Below, in pieces: positions 31,929-41,667 of a stretch of 51,631 bases of DNA. The notes under the pieces are model-generated. The model did no database searches and was not told the origin of the DNA. It worked only from the letters and a program-made list of their open reading frames with translations. The stretch spans positions 1 to 51,631 of the forward strand of contig JBARKD010000406.1 in NCBI GenBank assembly GCA_049800615.1, written 5' to 3'. Source of the DNA: Acidobacteriaceae bacterium. Its GTDB lineage: Bacteria; Acidobacteriota; Terriglobia; Terriglobales; Acidobacteriaceae. The position numbers and the translations under genes are program-made. Each line of letters begins with the position of its first letter. The first letter of the stretch is position 1.

Positions 31929-33974
31929 CTACCTTGCAGCCGACGCACGCGACAGCACGTACGCTTCGATCTCCCGGACCTGGTCAGGCGTCAGCGCATC
32001 CAGAAAGGAGGGCATTCCCATTTGTTGGTGGGTCCCTCCGAGCACGATGGATTCGAACGCATGGTGGGTCGCCGCGCTGGAATACCGCAGGTCGGGAACG
32101 CCGGAGCTGGAGATGGCCTCGACCCCATGGCAATAGAAACAGTGCCGTCCAAACAGAACACTGCCTTCGTGAATCATCGCCGGTGTGGCCTTCATGTGGA
32201 TTGCAGGAGAAGGCGGCCCCTGATGTCCAAAGGTGGGCAAGTCGAGTTTTGCCTGGCCGTCGAGAGCAAAGGTCAGGATGCGGCCGAAGCCGGGCTTGAC
32301 CGTACCGCTGCCCGGTATGTCGTTGAGTCCGGCGGCTCCGCCCCAGCCGGCCATCAGCGTGACATATTGCACTCCGCCCAGCATGAACGTAACCGGCGGA
32401 GCCATGATGCCGGTCCCAGCGTCAAACTGCCAAAGCTTCTTGCCGTCCGTCGCCCGATAGGCGCAGAAGATTCCGTCGGAACGGCCCTGCAGGATCAGGT
32501 TTCCCGCGGTCGCCAGCACGCCGCCGCTTTCTACCATCGGAAACAAGACGCGCCACGCCTCTCGTTGTTCCACCGGGTTCCAGGCAATGAGCATGCCTTG
32601 CATGGGAGGGGTCGCGATGAACTTCGCCAGCAGCGGGCCGTCGTAGGCGGGGTCTTCCCCGCGGTTCCAGTTGCTGGTGTTGGAATTCCAGTTCTTATCA
32701 GGAACGTGCAACGCAAAGGACCCCTGTCGTGCTGGAACATAGACCAGGCCAGTTGTTGGACTGAAGGCCATGGGATACCAGTTATGCGCCCCGCCCGGCG
32801 CAGGGGAAACGAGAACCGGGTGTAGGCCATCGTAGGCAGTTGGGGACTCCAAAGGGCGTCCGCTCTTGGCATCAATCCCAGTCGCCCAGGTGACTTGGTC
32901 GACAAAGGGCTTGGCGGAAATGAATTGCCCGGTCTGGCGGTCGAGCACGTAGAAAAAACCATTCTTGGACGCCTGCATGATGACCTTGCGCTTGGCGCCG
33001 TTAATGGTCAGATCGGCCAGCATCAAGGGCTGGGTCGCGTCGTAGTCCCAGTTTTCGCCCGGCGTTACCTGGTAATGCCACACCAACTCGCCGCTTTCCG
33101 GACGCAAGGCCAGGATGGATGCAATATAAAGATTGTCACCACCGCCCGGGCTGCGTAGATCGCGATACCACGCTGTACCGTTACCGGTGCCGGCGTAGAT
33201 GAGGTCGAGCGCGGGGTCGTAGACAATGGCGTCCCAGACAGACCCTCCGCCGCCTGCCATCCACCACTGCCCATGCCAGGTTTTTGCCGCGTCCTCCATA
33301 GCCTTGGATTCGAAGCCCTTCGCCGGATCGCCGGGCACGGTGTAGGTTCGCCATATCAATTTTCCGCTTTCCGCATCGTATGCGGAGAGATAGCCGCGGA
33401 CACCGAACTCGGAGCCGGCATTGCCGATCAGCACCATCCCCTTCACCACGCGCGGAGCGCCGGTAATGGCGTAGGGCTTCGATTGGTCTATCGTGACGAT
33501 GTCCCAAACAGGTTTTCCGCTCTTGGCGTCGAGCGCGATCAGTCGCCCATCCAGCGTTCCCAGATAGACCTTGTCACGATAGAGCGCCACGCCGCGATTG
33601 ACGGTGTCGCAGCAAATCGTGCGCACATGAGAGCGGGAAACCTTCGGATCAAACGCCCATAGGATTTGCCCGGTCTTGGCATCGAGTGCATAGGCCACGC
33701 TCCATTGGCTGGTGGTATAGATGACTCCACCGGAAACGAGCGGCGTTGCTTCGAGGCCGTGGGTCGTACCCAGCTCACGACTCCACACCAGGCCGAGGCG
33801 GTCGACGTTGTTCTCGTTGAGCTGACTCGACGGACTGAACCGTTGCTCATCGTAGGTTCTTCCGTAGGTCAACCAGTCGGCCCCGTCATCGACAGGCGCT
33901 GGCGCGGATCTTCGGCAAGCCGTGACAGGGACCAGCAGAGCGCCAAGTAATAGAAACGGGCAGATGCGCGGCAA
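31929..33974 (-). CDS. Quinohaemoprotein alcohol dehydrogenase (PQQ methanol/ethanol family with a C-terminal cytochrome c), lipoprotein-type signal
   Basis: The vicinal Cys pair in RTICCDTVNRG is the hallmark of PQQ-ADHs. Propeller W-motifs are present. The C-terminal CFYCHG is a haem c site. VTAC is lipobox-like. The gene ends 8 nt from the dehydratase gene start. Confidence 0.88.
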   Translation of the reverse strand: MPRICPFLLLGALLVPVTACRRSAPAPVDDGADWLTYGRTYDEQRFSPSSQLNENNVDRLGLVWSRELGTTHGLEATPLVSGGVIYTTSQWSVAYALDAKTGQILWAFDPKVSRSHVRTICCDTVNRGVALYRDKVYLGTLDGRLIALDAKSGKPVWDIVTIDQSKPYAITGAPRVVKGMVLIGNAGSEFGVRGYLSAYDAESGKLIWRTYTVPGDPAKGFESKAMEDAAKTWHGQWWMAGGGGSVWDAIVYDPALDLIYAGTGNGTAWYRDLRSPGGGDNLYIASILALRPESGELVWHYQVTPGENWDYDATQPLMLADLTINGAKRKVIMQASKNGFFYVLDRQTGQFISAKPFVDQVTWATGIDAKSGRPLESPTAYDGLHPVLVSPAPGGAHNWYPMAFSPTTGLVYVPARQGSFALHVPDKNWNSNTSNWNRGEDPAYDGPLLAKFIATPPMQGMLIAWNPVEQREAWRVLFPMVESGGVLATAGNLILQGRSDGIFCAYRATDGKKLWQFDAGTGIMAPPVTFMLGGVQYVTLMAGWGGAAGLNDIPGSGTVKPGFGRILTFALDGQAKLDLPTFGHQGPPSPAIHMKATPAMIHEGSVLFGRHCFYCHGVEAISSSGVPDLRYSSAATHHAFESIVLGGTHQQMGMPSFLDALTPDQVREIEAYVLSRASAAR

Positions 33975-34119
33975 GACGTGGCCGATTAAACGCCGCTACG
34001 CAACTGAGTGTCAAGAACGACACTCCGAACCCAATCCAGCAAACACATCGGTAACTCGATATAGGTGGTATGGCTTGCGCGCAAAGCCGCTCCTAGCTTT
34101 GTCCTCGAGGATTTCCCCC

Positions 34120-36246
34120 ATGCCAGTTCTCTGGAACTGCAGCAAACTGCGACGCTGGGGATCGATCATCGCATGTCTGCTGGCGGCCTCGGGCAGCGCG
34201 CTCCGGGCGCAAGTATCCATCACGGGACCAACCCAGGTGCGATTGGGCAGCGGCGCGCAGTATAGCGCCGTCACCGGCGGCGTGCCCGTCTCCGCGGCGT
34301 GGTCCGTGAACGGATTCGCCGGGGGTACGGGGTCGACCGGCCCAATCTCGACTGCCGGCTTCTACACACCGGCTACCACGATTTTTGCCGGGCACTCGGT
34401 CACCATCACCGCAACCGCCGGCGGGCAGTCGGTCTCGCTCAGCGTCAAAATCCTGAACCCGCTCCCCGTCTTCGGTTCCGGTTCAATCGCGCAAAGTGTA
34501 ACCGGCAACTCTTACTTGTTGAGTGTTAACGGATCAGGGTTCGTTGCCGCTTCGCAATTGCAGGTTGCCGACGCCAATGTCACCACCACCTTCGTCTCGT
34601 CCTCGGTGCTGCAGAGCACGATTACAGTTTCATCGGGCACCACGACGGTGACAGTTGGCGTTCTGAATCCCAACGCGGGTCAGGACACCGCGGTAACCAA
34701 AACGATCGCAGTCAATACCATCCCGCCGGTAAGCCTTACGCAGGCAGCGCGACTGCTCGATCAGACCAGTTTTGGGCCCACCCTGGGGACGATACAGCTG
34801 GTGCAGCAATCTGGGGTAGTGGGTTACCTCAACCAGCAATTTGCTACCCCAACTACCTTGATCCCCGCCATCCCCAATCCGCCGGTAGCTCTGTGCCCGC
34901 CGGGCACCGACGTTTGCGCGCAGAATTATTTCTGGCAAAACGCGCTCACCGCGCCCGACCAGCTGCGCCAACGCGTTGCCTTTGCCCTGAGCGAGATTTT
35001 TGTCGTGTCGACTGCCGAAGTCAACGCGCGCACCATACCCTCGTACCACAACATGCTGGCCAATGATGCCTTTGGCAATTTCAGCCAGTTGCTGCACGAC
35101 GTTGTTCTGTCCGCGGCCATGGGCGAATACCTCGACATGCTGAACAGTCCCGCGCCACCTGCCGGTCAGATTGCAGACGAGAATTTCGGCCGCGAATTGA
35201 TGCAGCTATTCACCACCGGGCTCTATCTGGTGAACCCTGACGGAACGCTGAATCCGGACGCAAACGGCAACCCTCAGCCGGTTTACACGGAGGCCGTGGT
35301 TCAGGCGAATGCGCGAGCGCTGACGGGATGGACGTATGCCAACCCCACAGGTGGCGTGCCCACAAGCTTTCCCAACGGGGTGCCGAACTACGATCAACCG
35401 ATGCAGCCTATCGAGGTCTCGCACGACGAAACCGCGAAGGTGCTTCTGGGTGGCGTGACCCTACCCGCGGGACAAACCGCCGAGCAGGACCTGGCCGGAG
35501 TGATCGCGTCCGTCTTCAATCATCCGAATGTGGGCCCGTTTGTCGGGCGCCAGCTCATTCAGCACCTGGTCACCAGCAATCCTTCGCCTGCCTACGTCGA
35601 GCGCGTTGCCGCGGTTTTTGCCAACGATGGCTCTGGTGTTCGCGGAGATATGAAAGCAGTGATCAGCGCAATTTTGCTCGATCCGGAGGCGCGCGCCGCC
35701 GATACCGATCCGACGGTGAATTGCGGTCACCTCCGCGAGCCCATCCTCTACTTCACTGCAATTCTCCGTGGGCTGCAATTCACCAACGTCAATTCTCAGG
35801 GCCGCTACGATGCAGCCAGCACCTACACCGCGCCTCTCGGTCAGGTGCCTTATAAGGCAGCCAGCGTCTTCAATTTTTTCCCTCCCAGCTATGTAATTCC
35901 CGGCACCACGCTCAATGCGCCGGAGTTTGCTCAGGAAAACAGCGCTACTTCCATTGCCCGTCTGAACCTGGCCGACAGCACCGTTCGCAACCATCTGACC
36001 TCATTCAATATAGATATGAGCCAAACCAGCTTCCTGGGCCAGATCGCCTCGGCGACCGGCAACCCTGCCGTGGACAGCGCTAATCTGGTCACCTCGCTTA
36101 GCATCCTTTTCACGCACAACCAGATGCCGTCCACAATGGCGTCAGCGATTGCGTCCAATGCCGCGCTCCTTACCGACATAGGCCAGCGCGTGCGTGTCTC
36201 CACCTGGCTGGTGATCAGTTCCGACGTTTTCCAGATGGAGCATTAA
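34120..36246 (+). CDS. DUF1800-family protein with N-terminal Ig-like (Big/IPT-type) repeats
   Basis: Start at ATG 34120, followed by a signal peptide. About 250 aa of beta-rich repeats (SVTITATAGGQSVSLSVKILNP) come next. DUF1800-like blocks follow (NYFWQNAL, LRQRVAFALSEIFVVS, SHDETAKVLLGG). The gene is paired with a DUF1501 gene. Confidence 0.7.
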   Translation: MPVLWNCSKLRRWGSIIACLLAASGSALRAQVSITGPTQVRLGSGAQYSAVTGGVPVSAAWSVNGFAGGTGSTGPISTAGFYTPATTIFAGHSVTITATAGGQSVSLSVKILNPLPVFGSGSIAQSVTGNSYLLSVNGSGFVAASQLQVADANVTTTFVSSSVLQSTITVSSGTTTVTVGVLNPNAGQDTAVTKTIAVNTIPPVSLTQAARLLDQTSFGPTLGTIQLVQQSGVVGYLNQQFATPTTLIPAIPNPPVALCPPGTDVCAQNYFWQNALTAPDQLRQRVAFALSEIFVVSTAEVNARTIPSYHNMLANDAFGNFSQLLHDVVLSAAMGEYLDMLNSPAPPAGQIADENFGRELMQLFTTGLYLVNPDGTLNPDANGNPQPVYTEAVVQANARALTGWTYANPTGGVPTSFPNGVPNYDQPMQPIEVSHDETAKVLLGGVTLPAGQTAEQDLAGVIASVFNHPNVGPFVGRQLIQHLVTSNPSPAYVERVAAVFANDGSGVRGDMKAVISAILLDPEARAADTDPTVNCGHLREPILYFTAILRGLQFTNVNSQGRYDAASTYTAPLGQVPYKAASVFNFFPPSYVIPGTTLNAPEFAQENSATSIARLNLADSTVRNHLTSFNIDMSQTSFLGQIASATGNPAVDSANLVTSLSILFTHNQMPSTMASAIASNAALLTDIGQRVRVSTWLVISSDVFQMEH

Positions 36247-36267
36247 CTTCCGTTGAGAAGGAGTCCT

Positions 36268-37614
36268 ATGCCAATCAGCCGCCGCAATTTCGTTCAATAT
36301 GCATCGCTGGCCGCCGCGGGAAATCTTGCCGGGCTTCGGCCGTTTGGCAGGCTCAACGCGCTGGCGCAGTCCACGCCGAATAGCCCCTATCAGGCATTGG
36401 TCTGTGTCTTTCTCTTCGGGGGCAACGATTCCAACAACACGCTGGTTCCTTTTGACAGTACCGATTACAGTAACTACGCCAGTCTGCGCGGCCCGCTGGC
36501 CCTGCCGCAAAATCAGCTGCTGCAGCTTGCATCCCTGCCCAACTACGCACTCCACCCAAACCTGCCCGAAGTTCGCCAGCTGATCGATAGTGGAGCGGGC
36601 GCGTTGGTGGCCAACGTAGGCACCCTCGTGCAGCCAACGACCCGCGCCTCGATGAGCACTCAGCAAACCTTGCCGGCCAACCTTTTCAGCCATTCCGATC
36701 AGCAGTTGCAATGGCAGAATGCAGCACAATCGGCAGCCACACCCACAGGCTGGGCCGGGCGCATGAGCGACCTGCTCGGCAGCAGCTTCAACTCCTCTGC
36801 GTCGATCCCGATGATCACCTCCGTCATCGGCGACTCCGTTTTTTGCGATGGGCAATCGACCGCTCCGCTATCGGTGATCCCTGGCAACCCTGCCGGCGTC
36901 AACTGTGGGGAAGGCGGCCCCGAGTGCGCCGTGCGGCAAAGCATCGCGCAAAGCTTTCTTACCTTTTCGGGCGGTCTGAGCCTGGTGCAGGCGGAGAACA
37001 CGATCACCCAGACTGCTTATCAATACGCAAATGTGCTTACCCAGGCTCTCTCTGGGGTAGCTCCCCTGGCCACCGTGTTCCCGGCTAACAATCCGTTCGC
37101 TGCCCAACTGCAACAGATTGCCCAACTGATGCAAGTGCGCAGCAGTTTTGGAGTAAACAAGCAAATTTTCTTCGCCGGTGTTGGCAATTTCGATACGCAC
37201 GCGAACCAGCTCGGCCAGCAGAGTCTTTTGCTGGGCGAGTTTTCCTCGGCGCTGCTGGCTTTTTACCAGGCCACCCAGGAACTGGGGATAGCTAGCCAGG
37301 TAACCACCTTCACCATGTCAGATTTCTCTCGAGCCTTCGAGCCCAACGCGAACAACGGCTGTGACCATGGTTGGGGCGGTCATCACCTGGTGGTGGGAGG
37401 GGCGGTGAAGGGAGCCAAGCTATACGGGACGTATCCCACCTTGGCGCTCGGTGGTCCTGACGACTCGGGTTCGACCGGCCGGTGGATTCCCTCCACGGCC
37501 AGCGTGCAGTATGCCGCCACGCTGGCGAGTTGGTTTGGCGTCACTCCGGCCCAGCTGCCCTCGATCTTTCCAAATTTGAACACTTTTAGCAGCACAAATC
37601 TGGGATTTGTTTGA
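36268..37614 (+). CDS. DUF1501-family protein (sulfatase-like fold) with a Tat signal
   Basis: GAAGGAG RBS. The Tat motif is SRRNFVQYASLAAAG. The family blocks FGGNDSNNTLVP, FDTHANQ and GCDHGWGGHH are present. Confidence 0.8.
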   Translation: MPISRRNFVQYASLAAAGNLAGLRPFGRLNALAQSTPNSPYQALVCVFLFGGNDSNNTLVPFDSTDYSNYASLRGPLALPQNQLLQLASLPNYALHPNLPEVRQLIDSGAGALVANVGTLVQPTTRASMSTQQTLPANLFSHSDQQLQWQNAAQSAATPTGWAGRMSDLLGSSFNSSASIPMITSVIGDSVFCDGQSTAPLSVIPGNPAGVNCGEGGPECAVRQSIAQSFLTFSGGLSLVQAENTITQTAYQYANVLTQALSGVAPLATVFPANNPFAAQLQQIAQLMQVRSSFGVNKQIFFAGVGNFDTHANQLGQQSLLLGEFSSALLAFYQATQELGIASQVTTFTMSDFSRAFEPNANNGCDHGWGGHHLVVGGAVKGAKLYGTYPTLALGGPDDSGSTGRWIPSTASVQYAATLASWFGVTPAQLPSIFPNLNTFSSTNLGFV

Positions 37615-37745
37615 GAGCCGGCCCCGGCAAAGGTTACGTTTGGGCTCGGCCTTCCGGCGCCCGATCGGACGAATTTTTTCCACCGGCAGCGCTGGACTTG
37701 CTCCCCGCCTCGGGCACAAACTGGAGTGCGAGGTGCATTTTAAAT

Positions 37746-38048
37746 ATGGAAAGTCAAATTTCCGAAAAGGTGCAACGCCTGACCCGTATTCTCTCCGAGG
37801 AAGCCGACAGGTTCCCCAGGGTCACTGTCAGTCAATACTCCACCGGTATTTACGGATACGACTGGACGGTCTACCTGGATGAGCAACAGCAGCTGGGCAC
37901 AATCTCGTTTACCACCGAGCTTGAGCTGTCCGAGAGGGAATTGCGAGCGGCTTTTCGGCATGAGCTGAAAGCGCTGACGCGGAGCCAGGCGGCCCCCACT
38001 CCAGGTTTTGTGCCAGTTCCAGCCAACGCCCTCGCGCAGGAGCGGTGA
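37746..38048 (+). CDS. Hypothetical small protein
   Basis: 100 aa counted from the internal ATG. No motif recognised. The coding call rests only on ORF length and composition. Confidence 0.35.
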   Translation: MESQISEKVQRLTRILSEEADRFPRVTVSQYSTGIYGYDWTVYLDEQQQLGTISFTTELELSERELRAAFRHELKALTRSQAAPTPGFVPVPANALAQER

Positions 38049-38110
38049 GCGGAAGTAGTCTGGCAGCCGGCTCCGGCGATAGCCTGAGCCGGCATGGGCC
38101 CAACAAACGA

Positions 38111-39424
38111 ATGTCGTGGAGGCTGGCGTCCCGGCCAGTGGCGGGTGTGTGTCTCGTGCTGACCGCCCTGGTTTCGGCAGGTACGCGGGTTGCCGTATCT
38201 CAAACTGAGCCAGCCAGATCCGCGGTTATCCAAAGTGCGGCGACTGCTGCCAGCACGCCATCCAACGACGGAACGGCTGATCGCGACTTGGCGGCGTGCC
38301 GTGTTCACCACGTGACGGATCTTCCCGGAAGTCACCAGTTCGCCAGCGATTTCATGGAAGCGGTCGCCACGGCTCCCAACCCTGCCGCCAGAAATCGCAA
38401 TATGATCTGGGCGCTCACCGCGGATTTAAGCAGTAAGGTTCCTGCGCTCGAACGGGCGATGTACATTTCCCAATCCAGGGATGGCGGAAAAACCTGGACC
38501 GAGGTGGCTCGGATCGACTCGCACTACTTCGACGCGGACATAGGAGAGGGCGAGCGCAACGGCTTGGCTGTCTTCCAAGGGGGAATGGAATTCGTCATCA
38601 CTACCCAGCTTGGAGCTTTCCAGATCATTCCCGAATCGGGCATATCCGGCACGGTGGTGCGCCCTATCCCCGGCCCCCGCGTCGTTCAGCCGGACACGAC
38701 AGTGACGATTCCTAAGAAAGCCGGCGATCCCGTGACCGCGAATGTAGTAAAGATCACGGCGGATGGCAAGTATCTGATGGTCGGCTATGGCTACTTCGAT
38801 CTCAACCCCCAGCTTGTAACGTATCGCCGCAGTGCGGATGGCGCTTGGGTGCGAGCCCGGCCTCTTCCTTCCGTGCCCACGCAGATGGATCTGCTCTCCA
38901 TGGAGTTTGGTGATCCAAAGACGCGAAACCGCGGTTCACTCTATGTCGGAACCGGCGATCAGGCATTTGTTCTTCCTGCGAACACCAGGACGTGGACGCA
39001 AATTGACGGGGTCGGGGCAGATTCAGCAGTGCAGGGAATCAGCACCGTCGGGGGCCCGCATCTGGCAGCCTGTTGGGGAATCTATAACCCGACCAGTGCC
39101 CGGAGCGTTCTTCGCGTGACCCACGCCAGCTTCCTTCTGCATCGAGACGAGGACGAGGCTGGTTCCAATATTCGTGCCTTCAGCGTAGAGGTGGATCCAA
39201 ACCGGCCGAATCGGCAAGTTGTCACCTCGCTGACCGGGGTATACGTCAGCGACGACCACGGCTGGCACTGGAGGCGCATGAACGATCTCCCTGACGGCGA
39301 GTTCCGCCTGGGCACGTTCAGTCCAATGGATGGAACCGTGATTGTTTCCGGAATCGGGGGAACTTTCCTGGCCAATCCGTTTTCACGAGCGTGCTCCGTT
39401 CATCTCAGAACTCGCGACCGTTGA
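38111..39424 (+). CDS. BNR/Asp-box repeat (sialidase-like beta-propeller) protein, secreted
   Basis: Signal-like helix VAGVCLVLTALVSAG. One clear Asp-box, SQSRDGGKTW. The remainder is beta-rich. Confidence 0.55.
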   Translation: MSWRLASRPVAGVCLVLTALVSAGTRVAVSQTEPARSAVIQSAATAASTPSNDGTADRDLAACRVHHVTDLPGSHQFASDFMEAVATAPNPAARNRNMIWALTADLSSKVPALERAMYISQSRDGGKTWTEVARIDSHYFDADIGEGERNGLAVFQGGMEFVITTQLGAFQIIPESGISGTVVRPIPGPRVVQPDTTVTIPKKAGDPVTANVVKITADGKYLMVGYGYFDLNPQLVTYRRSADGAWVRARPLPSVPTQMDLLSMEFGDPKTRNRGSLYVGTGDQAFVLPANTRTWTQIDGVGADSAVQGISTVGGPHLAACWGIYNPTSARSVLRVTHASFLLHRDEDEAGSNIRAFSVEVDPNRPNRQVVTSLTGVYVSDDHGWHWRRMNDLPDGEFRLGTFSPMDGTVIVSGIGGTFLANPFSRACSVHLRTRDR

Positions 39425-39496
39425 GGGAGCCACGAAAGCTTCTCTACGTTGCTAAAAATGCTATCGCTCAGCCGCCGCACTCTGGGAAAAATCAGA

Positions 39497-40570
39497 TCAA
39501 CCCGATGTGAACCCGTCTACATCGATCACTGCCTGGGCAAAAGCCTGCGGAGCTTCCTGGGGAAGATTGTGGCCGATGTCGCCCTGAATAATCCGGCTTG
39601 CGTACTTACCCAGAAACTTGTTGCGATAGGCGGCTGGATCCGCATGAGGCGCCCCGTTCGCGTCCCCCTCAAGAGTGATCGCGGGCGCGCTAATGCCATT
39701 ACTTTCGGCCAGCCTCTTCTCGAGCTCGTCGTACTGCCGCTCGCCATCGGCCAGCCCAAGCCGCCAGCGATAGTTGTGAACGACGATGGCGACGTGATCT
39801 GGGTTGTTAAACGATGCCGCTGTTCGATCGAATGTGGCGTCATCGAACTTCCACTTGGGGGATGCTTGTTGCCAGATGAGCTTGTTGAATGCAACCCTGT
39901 TTTCCGTGTAGCCAAGCTTGCCGCGTTCCGTCGCGAAATAAAACTGATACCACCATGCCAGTTCAGCGGCGGGCGGAAGCGGAAGCTTATTGGCTGCGGG
40001 AGTACCGATAAGATATCCGCTGACCGACACAACACCCTTGCAGCGTTCAGGCCATAGTGTTGCGACGATGTCCACCGTGCGCGCGCCCCAATCGAAGCCG
40101 GCAAGGATTGCTTTCTGAATTTTCAGAGCATCCATGAGATGCACGATGTCTAAAGCAACGGTGGACTGCTGGCCATTGCGGAAGGTATCGGCCGAAAGAA
40201 ACCGCGTTGTGCCATAGCCCCGTAGATAAGGGACGATCACGCGATAGCCGGCGGATGCCAACAGAGGCGTGACGTCGACGAAGCTGTAGATATCGTAGGG
40301 CCAGCCGTGGAGAAGAATGACCGCGGGACCATCGGCGGGGCCGGCCTCTGCATATCCGACATTGAGCAGGCCGGCCTCGATCTGCTTCAGCGATGCGAAG
40401 GACGTATTGCTTCCCGGTTTGATTGCAGGTATTTCTTTGAGGCTTGCTTGACTGGACTGCCCCTCTGCATTCTTCCATCCGCCAAACTGCGTGGCGGCTA
40501 TGGCCAGTGCCGCGTTGCCCAGGAATCGGCGGCGTTGTTGGTCGATTGCTGGCATCATCTTGTTCATCAT
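39497..40570 (-). CDS. Alpha/beta hydrolase (epoxide-hydrolase/haloalkane-dehalogenase-like) with a Tat signal
   Basis: AGGAGG lies directly upstream of ATGATG at 40570/40567. The Tat motif is QQRRRFLGNAALA. The oxyanion block is VILLHGWPYD. The nucleophile elbow is AGFDWGA. Confidence 0.8.
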   Translation of the reverse strand: MMNKMMPAIDQQRRRFLGNAALAIAATQFGGWKNAEGQSSQASLKEIPAIKPGSNTSFASLKQIEAGLLNVGYAEAGPADGPAVILLHGWPYDIYSFVDVTPLLASAGYRVIVPYLRGYGTTRFLSADTFRNGQQSTVALDIVHLMDALKIQKAILAGFDWGARTVDIVATLWPERCKGVVSVSGYLIGTPAANKLPLPPAAELAWWYQFYFATERGKLGYTENRVAFNKLIWQQASPKWKFDDATFDRTAASFNNPDHVAIVVHNYRWRLGLADGERQYDELEKRLAESNGISAPAITLEGDANGAPHADPAAYRNKFLGKYASRIIQGDIGHNLPQEAPQAFAQAVIDVDGFTSG

Positions 40571-40844
40571 CGAGCCTCCTTCGGTCTTCATGGTTGAGAG
40601 GGCCTGGCCTTCCTGGCAGGCCGCTGAAAGGGTGGTTTCACTGGTGCTCGACTTGGCCGGTTGGATCACGCGTTCGTGATCCTGCTCTCCCATCATCTGA
40701 CCGGCTTTTCTAATCCGAAAGCCCCGTTCGAGTTAAAAGAGAGCACTCGATAGGGCTGTGCGTGGGGCATCTTTTAGAGTGTGCACTGTGAGGCCGGTGG
40801 GACTAAGTCGAAGTGAGGTAGTGACAACGTCTTGTCAGAAGCCG

Positions 40845-41498
40845 TTATCTAAAACTGCGGAACTTGAAAGCCTGGGATAGTAGCTCTCTCACCTGCTCGT
40901 CGGTAGTTTGTGAGAAGTCCTGATACCACTCACCCACTGACGACAAGTCAGGTGGCGTCGCAAGACAGAAGATGCTGTCCGTTTCTTTCTCGAGCACTTG
41001 GCAGACAGACCGAGCCGCGATCGGTATCGCGACGGTGATTTGAGCAGGATCTTGGCGTCGAAGAGCCGCGATGGCAGCGCGCATCGAGGACCCTGTAGCG
41101 ACCCCGTCGTCGACAACGATGACGGTGCGGTTACGAATCTCCAGCGAAGGGCGGCCTGCCCGGTACAGCTCTTCCCGGCGCGCGAGTTCTCGCTCTTCCT
41201 GAACAATCAGTTCTTCCATCTGCCGCGGGGAAATCCGCAGATCGTGCACTGCGTCATTATTGACGAGGCGGATGCCGCCGGAAGCGACGGCCCCAATGCC
41301 GTACTCAGGCTGACCGGGTGCGCCGAGCTTGCGCACCACAAAGACGTCGAGCGGACAGCGCAGAGTGCTGGCGACCTCGAAAGCCACCGGAACGCCCCCT
41401 CGCGCCAGGCCGAGCACAAGAACAGCGCCTCTGCCCGAGAATGACGTCAGATGGGAACTCAGTTGCCTGCCTGCATCGACTCGATCCCGAAATCGCAT
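40845..41498 (-). CDS. Phosphoribosyltransferase-family protein
   Basis: The PRPP-binding loop is VIVVDDGVATGSSMRAA. The N-terminal MRFRDRVDAGRQL is typical of this family. The start could be 41498 or 41516. Confidence 0.75.
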   Translation of the reverse strand: MRFRDRVDAGRQLSSHLTSFSGRGAVLVLGLARGGVPVAFEVASTLRCPLDVFVVRKLGAPGQPEYGIGAVASGGIRLVNNDAVHDLRISPRQMEELIVQEERELARREELYRAGRPSLEIRNRTVIVVDDGVATGSSMRAAIAALRRQDPAQITVAIPIAARSVCQVLEKETDSIFCLATPPDLSSVGEWYQDFSQTTDEQVRELLSQAFKFRSFR

Positions 41499-41667
41499 AG
41501 GGTAATTCTCTCTCATTTCGAGTCCGCGATGTTGGAGGACCCCAATCACGAGGTTATCGCGGGCCGCAAATTATCTTTTGGCGAAGGCGCTTATGCGCAA
41601 GTAAAGTTATTCCGGGAATCGGGAGTTCATCAGAGGTTGGGTCAATCCATAGACGTGAGGTGTTCCG

